A stretch of 59,726 bases of DNA, the filler included, from an uncultured bacterium (GTDB lineage: Bacteria; Latescibacterota; UBA2968), in NCBI GenBank assembly GCA_964471275.1. It is 4 parts of 4 records of this genome, joined end to end, with 100 filler letters (N's around TTAATTAATTAA, not from the genome) between each part and the next. Parts side by side here need not be neighbours in the genome. Positions count along the whole stretch, not along the records: positions 45,109 to 59,726 come from CAYYGZ010000111.1; 3 more parts are not named here. One strand, 5' to 3'. The notes below the pieces were generated by a model, which worked only from the letters and a program-made list of their open reading frames with translations, was not told the origin of the DNA and made no database searches. The translations under genes were made by a program, and so were the position numbers. This document shows, piece after piece, positions 49,222-58,676 of this stretch (positions within the stretch are counted from its first letter, which is position 1; every line of letters begins with the position of its first letter).

Positions 49222-49690
49222 ATGACGAAGCCAGAGATTGATTACCACGCCTTGAGCCTATCCCCGCTGTTTGTTGATCTGACATCAGGACGAACTGGAG
49301 ACGTTGGTCGAGGCATCCGAAATCCACAGTGTCTGCGACGGCGCGACCGTGGTCACCGAGGGTGAACCGGGCGAGTCGATGTATCTGTTGCACGATGGTG
49401 AGGTGACGATCGAGAAACGGATGGACTCCTGATCATCCCTCGAGATTACGCGATTGCATCGGCGAGGAGATTTTTTCGGTGAGATGGCATTTGTCGATAT
49501 CTTGCCGCGATCCGTGACCGTCAGAGCCAACCCGGACGCGCGCCTTATCGAGTTTCCGTTCGAGACGCTTCATGATTTCTTCGAGGGATATCGGGACGCT
49601 CACCTGACGATCATTCTGAATATAACGCGTGTTCTGTCAAAACGGTTGAGAGCCGCCAACGAACAGATCGCTGAATTTGAAGCGGGGTGA
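49222..49690 (+). pseudogene. Cyclic-nucleotide-binding domain protein, disrupted
   Basis: SPLFVDL, then frameshift near 49286, EGEPGESMYLLHDGEV, in-frame TGA 49430-49432, GDFFGEMA...PRSVTVRA. Confidence 0.85.
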
Positions 49691-49721
49691 CGAATAGATC
49701 GGTGCCGTCAGCGCTGCAGTA

Positions 49722-50486
49722 TCAATCATACTTAAACTGGATGGAGACCTCCATCCAGACCTTCCGCACCTCTCCCTGGTGCTTGCCTGGACGGAATCTG
49801 TAGCGATAGGCAGTTGAGATCGCTTCGTTTCGGAAGAGGGGAGGGCCATCCACGAATTCGACTCTCTCTACATTGCCCTTCTTGTCGACGAGCAGCTTGA
49901 CGCGAGCGGCGCCTTGTTTGAGCTTCGCCTTCCGGGCCTGCTCGGGGAACGCGGGCATGATAAGAGTCAAGAGGTGTGGCTTGTAGTCGATGTCGGCGAT
50001 ATTCATGGGTTGATCTGAGATCGGCCCAACGGGCCCGCCGGGCCCAACCAGAGCGAGGTCAATGGGGAGGGCATCGAGATCGAGGTCGGTCGGCTCGATC
50101 GTCACACTATCCGGTATCTCTTCGCCCTCAACCGCAATTGGTACGACCGGTCGAGGCGGCGCCGGTGGGAGCGCTCTCTGGATTGTCTCCGGGATGTGCT
50201 CCATATGCATCACGATCGCCGGGCGCGTCCGTGTGCCAGTGGTGAGGGCGTCTTCCGGGTTGTAGAGAAAGACGGATATCACCAGAAGCAAGGCGATCCC
50301 GCCGCTCTGACCGAGGTGACGCAGGTATTGCCGTTTAAGATCGAATTCAGGCAGCTTGTGGCGGTGTGTGATGTGGACGTTATTGGGGCGATCCGACGCG
50401 AGGTGCACGCGTTGACGCCTGTTCGACTCAAGAGTTGCGAGCTGTGCGAGGAGAGAAGTCTGATTTCTGAGATGAATGATCTGCAT
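49722..50486 (-). CDS. tonB: Energy transducer TonB
   Basis: N-terminal TM helix, Pro-rich linker PPAPPRP, C-terminal P.FPEQARKA...VDKKGNV...FRPG. Confidence 0.85.
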   Translation of the reverse strand: MQIIHLRNQTSLLAQLATLESNRRQRVHLASDRPNNVHITHRHKLPEFDLKRQYLRHLGQSGGIALLLVISVFLYNPEDALTTGTRTRPAIVMHMEHIPETIQRALPPAPPRPVVPIAVEGEEIPDSVTIEPTDLDLDALPIDLALVGPGGPVGPISDQPMNIADIDYKPHLLTLIMPAFPEQARKAKLKQGAARVKLLVDKKGNVERVEFVDGPPLFRNEAISTAYRYRFRPGKHQGEVRKVWMEVSIQFKYD

Positions 50487-50494
50487 GCTTCCCT

Positions 50495-50625
50495 AAACCC
50501 TTGGATATCCAAGGGTTTGGACCCCTTGAGTCCAAAAAAGTTCCGGGTCGAAGGAGCGAACTTCGACCCGGTTAGAGCGTTTAAACGCTGCCTCTCGAAT
50601 TTAGGGCTAGGGCGGAAAATGTCAA
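50495..50625 (-). promoter_or_regulatory. tonB leader: promoter plus four tandem inverted repeats
   Basis: Minus-strand TTGACA(50625-50620)-N16-TAAATT; palindrome 50576-50589; hairpin 50543-50571 followed by a T-run; hairpin 50517-50535; 24-bp palindrome 50495-50518. Confidence 0.55.
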
Positions 50626-50650
50626 GGCACGTCACCCAGAGAAGGTTCGG

Positions 50651-50968
50651 ATGATTACAAAGATTGATGTACTGCGCGAAAAGAGAAGCATGCTGCTTCA
50701 GTGGGATGACCAGATACAGCAAGAAGTTGCCCTTGATGAACTGCGTCGGCTTTGCCCGTGTGCCGTCTGCGAAGGCAGGCGAATGGAAGAGAAGGAGGCA
50801 GGCGGACTGCTCATGATCTCATCTGATATGATGAATGCATCGGCGGGTGTATCCGAGGTGACCCCCGTTGGAAGATACGCAATACAGATCCGCTGGGAGG
50901 ACGGCCACGATGCCGGAATCTACACCTACGACTATCTGCGATCTTTCAATGCGCCGGCATCCGCATGA
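50651..50968 (+). CDS. DUF971 / GBBH-like N-terminal domain protein
   Basis: LRRLCPCAVC, VGRYAIQIRWEDGHDAGIYTYDYLR. Confidence 0.92.
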   Translation: MITKIDVLREKRSMLLQWDDQIQQEVALDELRRLCPCAVCEGRRMEEKEAGGLLMISSDMMNASAGVSEVTPVGRYAIQIRWEDGHDAGIYTYDYLRSFNAPASA

Positions 50969-50999
50969 TGGTGATGTCGGAACGGACGAAAGGCGAGCT

Positions 51000-51533
51000 G
51001 TGAATCGATTCTCAGTCGCATATTGCGCGATTATCCTGCTGGTCTCTATTGCTCCGGCCGATGCGGGTCTCGGGCTTTATTCATTTGGCCCTCGCGTAGG
51101 GAAGGACGTGGTTCAGGGTGATGACACGCGCACACTCTACACGTTTCACGCCGACGTCGCGACTCTCTTCAGCCCCCGCGTTTTATGGGAAGTCTCGGGT
51201 GAAACCGGATCGGGCAGGGACCTGGGTGGGAGAGATGTTGACGTGGTAGGTGGAAGCTCGATCATCAAGTACACCTGGGTCAACAAGAAGAAGACGGCGT
51301 ATGCCTACACCGGCGGGGGGCTTGGGGTGAATCGTTACCGAAGGTTCGAGGCGGGAGCCTTCCGCAATCAATTCGACACATCTATTCACTTCATCATGCT
51401 GGGCATGGAGAGACACGTACTGGGTGATTCAGCAAAAGGTGTTTTTGAGGTGCGCTGGCTGTTCGGCAACATCGAGGGTGCCACGGCCCTTCGAGTCAGT
51501 CTGGGTGCCAGCTATCTCTTCAAGGCACCGTGA
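51000..51533 (+). CDS. Small outer-membrane beta-barrel-like protein
   Basis: Signal peptide, AYTGGGLG strand, C-terminal VSLGASYLF. Confidence 0.65.
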   Translation: MNRFSVAYCAIILLVSIAPADAGLGLYSFGPRVGKDVVQGDDTRTLYTFHADVATLFSPRVLWEVSGETGSGRDLGGRDVDVVGGSSIIKYTWVNKKKTAYAYTGGGLGVNRYRRFEAGAFRNQFDTSIHFIMLGMERHVLGDSAKGVFEVRWLFGNIEGATALRVSLGASYLFKAP

Positions 51534-51673
51534 TGCGCTCCGGAACGCTACTGAGTCTGGCGATGATGCTCGTGGGTGTCGGTGTGCGCGGTCCTCAAGC
51601 GGCCCGGATCTATTCGACCTACAACAACGATGAGTTCGGTTTCTCGTTAACGATACCCGACGATCTTGCACGG
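51533..51673 (+). CDS. Secreted protein N-terminus, interrupted by N10 gap
   Basis: MRSGTLLSLAMMLVGV...TYNNDEFGFSLTIPD; N10 at 51674-51683. Confidence 0.45.
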
Positions 51674-51683
51674 NNNNNNNNNN

Positions 51684-51890
51684 ACTGTGACTTTCGGTTG
51701 ATTTGAACGTGACTGGTGAAGCAATTGGATCTGACATCAGATAGCGGGTTCATCTGTGTCGAGCTGATCAACGGCCTGGCAGAGGGTGGTGCCGTGTTCC
51801 GAGAGGTGCCCGTGCATAACTATGCCCGTCGCTTCGGGAACTCCTAATTCTTTCAGGTATCCCGGATCGCCCGTAAGATCCTGCAACTAA
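51684..51890 (+). pseudogene. C-terminal remnant of a GT2 (DPM1-like) glycosyltransferase
   Basis: CDFRLI*T*LVKQLDLTSDSGFICVELI...EVPVHNYARRFGNS*FF with three in-frame stops. Confidence 0.7.
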
Positions 51891-51921
51891 GGGAGCTCCA
51901 CGTCCGATTGAGGAGAACACC

Positions 51922-52818
51922 GTGAACGCGACCGTCGACGGACACAGGTCAGCCGGCCTACCCACACGTGTTTTTGGCAGGACGGGAGAGAACGTCCCTA
52001 TCCTGGGGCTTGGGACGGCTCCCGGTGGTTTTGGACTCAACGATTTTGATGCCGTAGACGTGATTCACGCCGCGATCGACCACGGTGTAACCTACCTGGA
52101 TGCCGCTCCTGGATACGAGCGGGCGCAGATTCAGCTGGGGGAAGTGCTTCCGGACCGACGGGATGAGGTCTTCCTCGTAACCAAGGCACATACTAGCGAA
52201 GGACTGCGGGCAGTCGAGATCCTGGAGCAAAGCCTGCGCGATATGCGGACAGATTTTGTCGATGCTGTGTTTGTCCATTCGGTCGGTAACCTCGACCCGG
52301 ATGAGATTCTGGGGCCCGATGGGGCACTTGCTGGGTTGCGCTCCGCTCAGTCTCGTGGGCTGGCACGATATGTTGGGTTTACGGCCCACCATTGGCCCGA
52401 AAAATCAGAGCGTATCCTGCGGGAGGCCGATGTCGATGCTGTGATGTTTGCGCTGAACTATGGCGACAAACACACCTATGACTTCCAGGGAGGGCCGCTG
52501 GCGGGGGCAAGGCAGCGGAATGTCGGTGTCGCTGCAATGAAGGTGTACGGCGGCGCGCCGGATCAGAAATACGAGAAGCCGACAAAGTCTCTTCTAGCGG
52601 AATCTGGAGCGGATCACGAGCGAGCGCTGCACTATGCGCTGAGCCTGCCCGGTGTTGCGATTGCCGTTGTGGGCATGTATTCCGAAGCGGAAGTCATCGA
52701 AAACGTCGGCTATGCACGATCTTACAAGCAGATGCCTGCAGGTGACATGGCGGATATGGAAGATTTAGGTCAGAAGTTGGCCGATACCTGGAAGGCCCGC
52801 TTTGGTCAGGTTTCCTAG
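51922..52818 (+). CDS. Aldo/keto reductase
   Basis: LGLGT, YLDAAPGY, FLVTK, GFTAH, AAMKVYGG; GAGGAG RBS. Confidence 0.9.
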   Translation: MNATVDGHRSAGLPTRVFGRTGENVPILGLGTAPGGFGLNDFDAVDVIHAAIDHGVTYLDAAPGYERAQIQLGEVLPDRRDEVFLVTKAHTSEGLRAVEILEQSLRDMRTDFVDAVFVHSVGNLDPDEILGPDGALAGLRSAQSRGLARYVGFTAHHWPEKSERILREADVDAVMFALNYGDKHTYDFQGGPLAGARQRNVGVAAMKVYGGAPDQKYEKPTKSLLAESGADHERALHYALSLPGVAIAVVGMYSEAEVIENVGYARSYKQMPAGDMADMEDLGQKLADTWKARFGQVS

Positions 52819-53060
52819 CGCACAGGCGCAACCCTAACGCCTGGACAAGCCTGCAGTGGGAATTCACTAAACTTGATAAATTCTCGTAATATGTTGTTTA
52901 TAAATAGGTAAAACCGATGTCTCCGGTTGTTTGAGCTGCGTGTATGGACTTTGCGGATGTGTGATGAGGTGAGCAACCCAATGATGGAACGGATCGACTT
53001 TGCCGTGCGTCTTTGGATTGTAGCCCAGCTATACAGCAATCCTACTACGAGGATACCCGA

Positions 53061-53828
53061 ATGAACCGATAAATCTTTGTCTTTCTGTCGCTGGTTCTCT
53101 GGACAGGCTCTTCTCATGCCGACATCATTGCCCAGGGGCTGGAAATGGCAGGGAGAAGCGGCGGCACTGCTCTCAACCTTCGCCAGGCGGGCGCTCTGGC
53201 AAAATCGAAAATTCTGAAGATCACCGTCGGGGCAGAACGTGTTCGAGACGTGAAGGGGTATGGGTTCGCCCTGACGTTTGATTCTGAGATCTACGAATAC
53301 GTGGGGGCGCAGGTGACGGCAGCCAGTTTGATCAGCCCGAGCGGATCCGCAGCACTCCTCGTCGACAAGAACCAGAACACCGGACGGGCTGCGGTCGGCG
53401 CGGTCCAGGTCGATGGGTCTTCCGCGACGGGTGACGGAGACCTTGTGGAACTGACTTTCCGGAAGATCGGCGAGAATGGCCCGGTTGGTTTCACGTTGAC
53501 CGAGGGTGTCATCGTCGATTTGGGCGGGCAGGCTACGTCCGTATCGGACCGTGTCCTCAATCCCGTTACGTCGGGCCCTGTGGATTTCAGCGTGAGCCAG
53601 AATGTGCCAAATCCCTTCAATCCGGAAACAACAATCTCCTACCAGCTGCCTGAGTCTGGTCGTGTCGTTCTGACCGTGTACACCTCGCAGGGACAGGAGG
53701 TGGGCACGTACACGATTCGCTGGGATGGACGCGATGCTGTTGGCGGACAGGTGGCCAGCGGGGTGTATTTCTACAAAATGAGGACTGCCGATTTTTCGGA
53801 TAGCAAGCGTATGATGCTGCTCAAGTAG
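53061..53828 (+). pseudogene. Secreted cohesin-like plus FlgD-Ig/T9SS-like tail protein with early nonsense codon
   Basis: RBS and ATG 53061 give MNR*IFVFLSLVLWTGSSHA in frame with ORF 53145; GFALTFD...GDGDLVELTF cohesin-like; SQNVPNPFNPET...WDGRD...ASGVYFY. Confidence 0.7.
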
Positions 53829-53929
53829 CGTCTCAGGATCCATTGATCACGGGATGATGCCTTCCGGCATCACCCCTTTCTTGTGTACTGATTGTGAGGC
53901 CTCGGTTTGGTCGGTATATTCGTGCCCTC

Positions 53930-55903
53930 ATGTCCCTACACGCCTCCCAGCTAATAGCCACTCCCACCCCGACGACCCACCGGCCACGCGGATGGATCGT
54001 ACTGCTCGCGTTCATAACGCTGGCCTGCGCGAGTGTTGGGGCAACCTACCTCGAGTTTGGTTCTCGATCCGCTCACATGGCGATGTCCAACCTGCCGCTC
54101 GTCGTGCTGCTTCCGTTTGTCCTCTGGCTTACGGCGAATACGCTCCTCAAACGGTTTCTGCCGAAATGGTCACTGACCACCCTGGAGCTGCGCACACTAT
54201 TCTGCGTGATCTGGATCGGGGGAGCGTTCGCAGGCTACAATTGGGCGACACAGTGGGTCGGGACCATGGCGGCCCCCCGCTACTACGCATCTCCGGAGAA
54301 CCGCTGGGAGGAGCTGATCTTTGACCTGCTTCCCTGGTGGATGTATCCGACGGACCGCCCCGGAGTTGTCGAGGCATTCTATCTGGGACTCGATGTGGAG
54401 CAGTCGGTGCCCTGGGGAGCCTGGATGGGGCCACTGTTCTGGGCGGGAAGTGCGGCAATTGCCGTCGCCTGCATCGGTGTCGGTCTTACCGCAATCTTCC
54501 AGAAGCAATGGGCGGAGAATGAGCGGCTGACCTTCCCGGTCGCCCAGATTCCTCTCGCCTTGACAGAGGGCTTCGACCAGCGGAAAGGCTGGCCGCCGTT
54601 CATTCATAGCCATGCCTTCTGGATCGGGGTTGGTATCGCAGCCTTCCCGCTGCTGTGGAACATCGTTGAATACTTCTACTCTGCGTTTCCCAGGATCTCG
54701 ATCTTTGACCCATACCACGGTCCCAATGGACCCCGTGGGTCAAGTCTCTCGCGATATCTGCCCGATTTCTCGTATCGTCTGCTGCCCACGGTACTCGGGT
54801 TCACGTTCCTCTGTGAAGTGAACATTCTGTTCAGTATCTGGTCCCTCTTCGTGGTGGGGCTGGTTGCCAAGTACGGTATGAATCGCGTCGGCTTCTCGAT
54901 CGGGCTGGCGGGGCAGGAGGCCAAGCCACCGGAGATTGCCGGTCTCTTCGTGCACGGTGTCATGATCGGTCTGACGATCTGGGCCCTCTGGACAGCTCGC
55001 GAGCACCTGAAGCAGGTGTGGGCAGAGGTCAGGTCAGGAGCTCGAGGCAGCACCTCGATCGTCACACCCCGTTCCGCGCTGGGTCTCCTGGTGGGCGGTT
55101 CGGTCTATTCCGTGTTCTGGCTGTCGGCGATCGGTTACAGCGTCGTCTTCGCGGCCACGTGGGTACTGGTGTTCTGGTCAAGCCTGTTTGTCATCACCAA
55201 GTTCTTGGCGGCCAGCGGCTTCGCCTACCTTTTTCCCAACTGGGGCAGCTCGATTCCTGTGATATGGGCTGGCACCTCCCGGATGTCGGAGCCAACGCTT
55301 GTCGCGATGCGAGTCGTAAACTGGCGCCTGCTTGCGGGATGGCGATTGCCTGTGGCGCTTCCACACATTGTCAAAATGCTTCGTGAGACCGCGACAAGCA
55401 GCCGCATTTTCAGCTCGGTCGTTTTTGGGTTTCTGGTGGCGGGTCTATATACGGTATGGCTGTGCTACGACCAGGGAGGAGCGACATTCCGGACCTGGTC
55501 CTTGGTCGGGGCGCCGCGAGGGGTTTACAATGGAATCGCGAAGGTTGTTGCTGAAACGTCCCAGAGAACCGTAACCGATCCCTCGAAAATTGGTGTGTGG
55601 GGTCTGGGAATGGCCTCTGCGGCACTCTTCACGGTTCTTCAGGCGCGAGCGAGCTGGTGGCCGTTCCATCCGATCGGGCTGTTGCTGATGTTCGACGGCT
55701 ATGTGCGTTTCTATGCTCTCGACATCTTCCTGGTCTGGGTGGCAAAGGTTACTGTCCTTCGTCTGGGCGGTATTATGCTCTATGAGAGGGTCAAGCCGGG
55801 TGCATACGGGCTGGTCGTCGGTTACGCACTGGCTGTCGGCTTGTCTTTCATGATCGACCTGATCTGGTTTCCCGCGGGAGGGCACTATCTCCATGGTTAT
55901 TGA
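53930..55903 (+). CDS. DUF6785/DUF6784-like multi-pass membrane protein (putative transporter)
   Basis: YYASPENRW, VPWGAW..PL, KQWAENERLTFP, WWPFHPIG, LRLGG..LY...P. Confidence 0.75.
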   Translation: MSLHASQLIATPTPTTHRPRGWIVLLAFITLACASVGATYLEFGSRSAHMAMSNLPLVVLLPFVLWLTANTLLKRFLPKWSLTTLELRTLFCVIWIGGAFAGYNWATQWVGTMAAPRYYASPENRWEELIFDLLPWWMYPTDRPGVVEAFYLGLDVEQSVPWGAWMGPLFWAGSAAIAVACIGVGLTAIFQKQWAENERLTFPVAQIPLALTEGFDQRKGWPPFIHSHAFWIGVGIAAFPLLWNIVEYFYSAFPRISIFDPYHGPNGPRGSSLSRYLPDFSYRLLPTVLGFTFLCEVNILFSIWSLFVVGLVAKYGMNRVGFSIGLAGQEAKPPEIAGLFVHGVMIGLTIWALWTAREHLKQVWAEVRSGARGSTSIVTPRSALGLLVGGSVYSVFWLSAIGYSVVFAATWVLVFWSSLFVITKFLAASGFAYLFPNWGSSIPVIWAGTSRMSEPTLVAMRVVNWRLLAGWRLPVALPHIVKMLRETATSSRIFSSVVFGFLVAGLYTVWLCYDQGGATFRTWSLVGAPRGVYNGIAKVVAETSQRTVTDPSKIGVWGLGMASAALFTVLQARASWWPFHPIGLLLMFDGYVRFYALDIFLVWVAKVTVLRLGGIMLYERVKPGAYGLVVGYALAVGLSFMIDLIWFPAGGHYLHGY

Positions 55904-56699
55904 GCAGAGCAGCGATATCGTCGTGCGGGTCGATGGTGTGTACAAGACGTTTTCCTCCGACCGAGGAACGGTTGATGCCGTTCACGATGCACACCTGTCG
56001 TTAAAGGAGGGCGAATTCGTGAGCCTGCTCGGACCGTCCGGCTGCGGGAAAACAACGTTGCTTCGGATGGTTGGGGATCTGGAAACACCGACTCGCGGAC
56101 GGATCGAAGTCAACGGACGTGATCCACAGAGTGCCCGCAGGCAAAGACAGATTGGAGCCGTCTTCCAGAAGCCATCGCTGCTCGAATGGCGCAACGTTCA
56201 GGACAATGTCCGTCTGCCGGGCGAGGTGTTTGGCGATCCCGTTGTTATTGCGCGCTCGCAGGAGATGATCGATAAGGTCGGGTTAGGCGGGTTCGAGAGC
56301 GCATTCCCGAGAGAATTGTCCGGGGGCATGCAATCGCGCGTGGCGATCGCTCGAGCGCTGACTCATCGGCCGAACGTCCTGCTGATGGATGAGCCTTTTG
56401 GGGCGCTCGATGAGATCACCCGCGAGCGTTTACAGATCGAGTTGCTGCACGTGTGGCGGGAAACGCAGGCGGCTGTTCTGTTCGTGACACACAGTATTCC
56501 CGAGGCGCTGCTGCTGTCGGACCGAGTTGTTGTGATGTCCGCGAGGCCGGGACGGATCGTAGAGGATCTGGCCGTGCCTTTCGATCGCCCGAGAGATCCT
56601 CATCTGCGAACAAACGCGGATTTCGTGAACCTTGAAGCTCACTTGCGCGATCGGTTGAATGCCGACGCGCTTGAAGCGGGAGGGACTGAGCGTGATTGA
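55893..56699 (+). CDS. NitT/TauT family ABC transporter ATP-binding protein
   Basis: GPSGCGKT, LSGGMQ, LLMDEPFGALD, VTHSIPEA, MSARPG. Confidence 0.95.
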   Translation: MVIEQSSDIVVRVDGVYKTFSSDRGTVDAVHDAHLSLKEGEFVSLLGPSGCGKTTLLRMVGDLETPTRGRIEVNGRDPQSARRQRQIGAVFQKPSLLEWRNVQDNVRLPGEVFGDPVVIARSQEMIDKVGLGGFESAFPRELSGGMQSRVAIARALTHRPNVLLMDEPFGALDEITRERLQIELLHVWRETQAAVLFVTHSIPEALLLSDRVVVMSARPGRIVEDLAVPFDRPRDPHLRTNADFVNLEAHLRDRLNADALEAGGTERD

Positions 56700-57702
56700 T
56701 TCTTTTCACATGGGACGCTCCTGCATCGATCTCTACAGCAACGACGTGGGTGCGCCTTTCGAGGACATCAAGAGCTTTGCTGCGTATGTGGGGGGATCTC
56801 CCACCAACATGAGTGTCGGTGCAAGACGGCTTGGTCTCCAGACCGCTCTGCTGACGGCTGTCGGTGCGGATCCCGTGGGCACCTTTGTGATGAAATTCCT
56901 GAACGATGAGGGAGTCGACACCGCCTACATCCCGACCAAGGCCGATCGGAGAACAAGCGCCGTGGCGCTTGGTATCGAACCACCGGATCGCTTTCCCCTC
57001 GTTTACTATCGCGAGAACTGCGCCGACGCGGGGCTAACGATTGACGATGTCGATGCGTGTCCAATCGCGGATGCGCGAGTGTTCCAGTTTGCCGGCACGA
57101 ACCTGAGCGTCGAGCCGAGCCGCACTGCGACGCTCTACGCGGCAGAGGTTGCGAGGCGGTCCAACAGAACGGTTGTGCTGGATCTGGACTTCAGGTCCGA
57201 TCAGTGGCCGGATCCGCGTTCCTTCGGTGTTGCCATACGCTCGGTTCTGCGCAATGTAAGTATTGTCCTGGGTACTGCGGACGAAATTCGTGCCGTGTTT
57301 CTAACAAATCCGGAAGGAGTCTCGGTGACGCACTCACAGGTCTCGGATGCCCAGATCGAGGGTGATGTGCGGCTCGCGGTGCCCGAGCTGATGGCACTGG
57401 GACCCAGAGCGGTCGTCGAGAAGGTCGGGGCGGAGGGCGCACGCGTGCATCGGTTGGTGGACGGATCGGTTGCCGCGGAGGACGCAGCAGGCTTCCCGGT
57501 AGATATCGTGAACGTATTGGGTGCGGGAGATGCGTTCGGGGCCGGATTTATCTACGGCATTGCGAATGACTGGGATCTGGTACGGTCCGCACGATTCGGT
57601 AATGCTTGTGGTGCACTTGTTGTCACACAACACGGCTGCGCGAACTTCATGCCTACCCTAGACGAGGCAACCCGATTCGTTGACAGCCGGGGCGGACTCT
57701 GA
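56692..57702 (+). CDS. iolC: 5-dehydro-2-deoxygluconokinase
   Basis: GRSCIDLY, YVGGSPTN, PPDRFPL..YR..CAD, LDLDFR, GAGDAF. Confidence 0.9.
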   Translation: MIDSFHMGRSCIDLYSNDVGAPFEDIKSFAAYVGGSPTNMSVGARRLGLQTALLTAVGADPVGTFVMKFLNDEGVDTAYIPTKADRRTSAVALGIEPPDRFPLVYYRENCADAGLTIDDVDACPIADARVFQFAGTNLSVEPSRTATLYAAEVARRSNRTVVLDLDFRSDQWPDPRSFGVAIRSVLRNVSIVLGTADEIRAVFLTNPEGVSVTHSQVSDAQIEGDVRLAVPELMALGPRAVVEKVGAEGARVHRLVDGSVAAEDAAGFPVDIVNVLGAGDAFGAGFIYGIANDWDLVRSARFGNACGALVVTQHGCANFMPTLDEATRFVDSRGGL

Positions 57703-57704
57703 GG

Positions 57705-58667
57705 CTAGCGGAAGTCATTCGTGAATAGTGTCAACACCTCAACACGCGTTTCGATCATTCCCAGGTCGAACAGGATGTCCTGCGTGTTCTGCCAGCGGTC
57801 TTCCGTCTGTATCCCGAATCCATGCCGTGTCACTTCTGGGCTCCCCAGAATTGGAATCAGTTGAGCGAAATTCGCCCTGTTGAAGGCTTGGTCGCTCTCC
57901 GGCCGTTCGGCCGCATACGCGGCAACCGCCTCGTCCGGGTGGGTAATCGCATAGACCCAGCCCTCCAGACTTGCCTTCAGGAACCTCCGAACCAGATCTG
58001 ACTTCTCCCTGAGGAACGACTCATTTACAATGATGTTCGTGCTGTAGAGATCGATCCCGTGATCCGACAGTGCAATGCGGTTGACACGTTCGCCCCGGAG
58101 CTCAACCGTTACCGGCTGGTCTTCCGTGTAGCCAAGCATCGCATCAACTTGATCTGCGAGGAGCGAGGCGGGACTCGACTCTGTCATTCCTATCAGCTGA
58201 ATGTCGTCTTCGCTGATTCCGAGCTTGTTGAGCAACGCCTGGAACTCACGGTGCTTCGTTCCGCCGATATTCACACCGATGCGTTTGCCAACAAGCTGCT
58301 CGGGTGTTGTCAGGTCCTTCCGGGCAAGCGAGTAGACGACGACGGGTGAGTGCTGATTGATCACGGCCAGCGAGACAACCGGAATACCCTTGTTTCGGGC
58401 AATGACCGTAGCTGAGCCGCTCGAAACACCGAGCTTGTAGGTACCGTTACCCACAAGCTGCGCAGTTGTTGGTGCCCCACTTCCCTCAAGGATTTCGACC
58501 TTGATCCCCTCACGCTCATAGTAGCCCATTTCTGCAGCAACAAAGAACCCGGCGTGCTCCATTTGTGCCTTCCAGTCCAAGAGGAGTTCGATACGCATCT
58601 CTTTAGACTCAGGGACAGAACAGGCACAGAGCAAGATTGCCAGCGTGAGGATCCTCTTCTTCATCAT
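57705..58667 (-). CDS. ABC substrate-binding lipoprotein, NMT1/THI5-like
   Basis: Lipobox LCAC; LDW...EHAGFFVA...GYY; L.GKRIG. Confidence 0.92.
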   Translation of the reverse strand: MMKKRILTLAILLCACSVPESKEMRIELLLDWKAQMEHAGFFVAAEMGYYEREGIKVEILEGSGAPTTAQLVGNGTYKLGVSSGSATVIARNKGIPVVSLAVINQHSPVVVYSLARKDLTTPEQLVGKRIGVNIGGTKHREFQALLNKLGISEDDIQLIGMTESSPASLLADQVDAMLGYTEDQPVTVELRGERVNRIALSDHGIDLYSTNIIVNESFLREKSDLVRRFLKASLEGWVYAITHPDEAVAAYAAERPESDQAFNRANFAQLIPILGSPEVTRHGFGIQTEDRWQNTQDILFDLGMIETRVEVLTLFTNDFR

Positions 58668-58676
58668 TTTACCTTT

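Noticed and set aside
52860..52915. AT-rich patch as a dif/Xer site or replication origin
   Set aside because: Poor match to the XerD arm and no DnaA-box cluster; more simply promoter-region DNA.
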